Assembly: GCA_964016885.1 (NCBI GenBank)
Contig: OZ024743.1
Span: 51,212,001 to 51,276,000 of the forward strand
Direction: 5' to 3'
Origin: Eledone cirrhosa
Taxonomy: Eukaryota
Length of the DNA: 64,000 nucleotides
A program made the position numbers and the translations under genes. Of this stretch, positions 63,280-64,000 are shown in pieces. The first letter of the stretch is position 1; each line of letters starts with the position of its first letter. The notes under the pieces were generated by a model that was not told the origin of the DNA, ran no database searches, and worked only from the letters and a program-made list of their open reading frames with translations.

Positions 63280-64000
63280 ACTTAGTGTTTACAACAGACA
63301 CTCTGTCACGTCTCCTAGTAAGGATATAATCTATCTGGCTGGCGTGTTCCCCTGATCTATAGGTGATCAAGTGATTGTCTTGTTTTTTGAAGTTTGTGTT
63401 ACAAATAGTTAAGTTATTAGCATCACAGAATTCCAGGATCCTGAAGCTGCTTTCCTCATTTCTAGTACCAAACCCATAGCCTCCATGGATTCCGTCATAG
63501 CCATCACATGACCACTTAAGTCGCCAGCAATAATTATGTAGTCACTGTCGGCTATTTGGGAGGTAGTGTGCATTAGCGACTCATAGAACATGTCTTTTAT
63601 AACGTCTGGTGGACCAGATTGGAGCACATAAGCGGATATTATTGTCACAGTTGTTCTATTTAGAACTAGTCTTATTTTAATTATTCTGTCGTTCACTCTA
63701 TTTACGGCAATTACCTTATCTACCCATTTTTCTGCTAACATAATTCCTACTCCACCCAGCCCATTGTCATTTCCCATCCAGAAAAGTTTATAGCATCATT
63801 TTTTACCCACAATGAATCTAGCAGACCCACCTCTCCACCTAGTCTCTTGAACACAACAAACATCACCTTCCTTACGTTCAAGCATCTCTACAACCTCATT
63901 TGAGCAACCTTTCAATGTGCCTACATTCATGGTACCAACTCTGAAGTTTTGGATGTCGCCCACCTGCACGAATGCACTCTCTCTCCCCACTGGCCGTTGT
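63280..64000 (-). mobile_element. RTE LINE 5' region, APE endonuclease domain, inactivated
   Basis: RVGTMNVGTLKG, DVCCVQETRWRG, GGVGIMLAEKWVD, TIISAYVLQSG, IIAGDLSGHV and SQIDYIL; stop at 63796 and a frameshift. Confidence 0.92.

Overview
Eukaryotic, AT-rich genomic DNA, most likely from an octopod cephalopod (inferred from the SINE and (GAT)n-tailed RTE LINE repertoire). About two thirds of the window (2109-44346) is one sharply bounded tandem array of a 46-bp monomer (918 units plus a 25-bp partial unit by phase arithmetic) with kb-scale internal block duplications. A complete five-exon CCDC12/Cwf18 spliceosomal gene (45612-53988, +, 164 aa), absent from the ORF track, starts 1.27 kb to the right of the array. 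The rest is transposon debris: RTE LINE fragments, a CRE-type endonuclease fragment, tRNA-derived SINEs, MITEs, minisatellites and a candidate Helitron end, plus an orphan BACK-domain-like ORF. The best-supported non-obvious signal is a minimal type I hammerhead ribozyme (62426-62490) inside a short non-coding Penelope/retrozyme-like element with direct repeats, a 5' inversion and a target duplication. A more speculative signal is that the satellite monomer, read on the minus strand, carries donor, branch and acceptor splice motifs and begins at a candidate exon-intron junction. All family assignments come from recalled motifs, not database searches.
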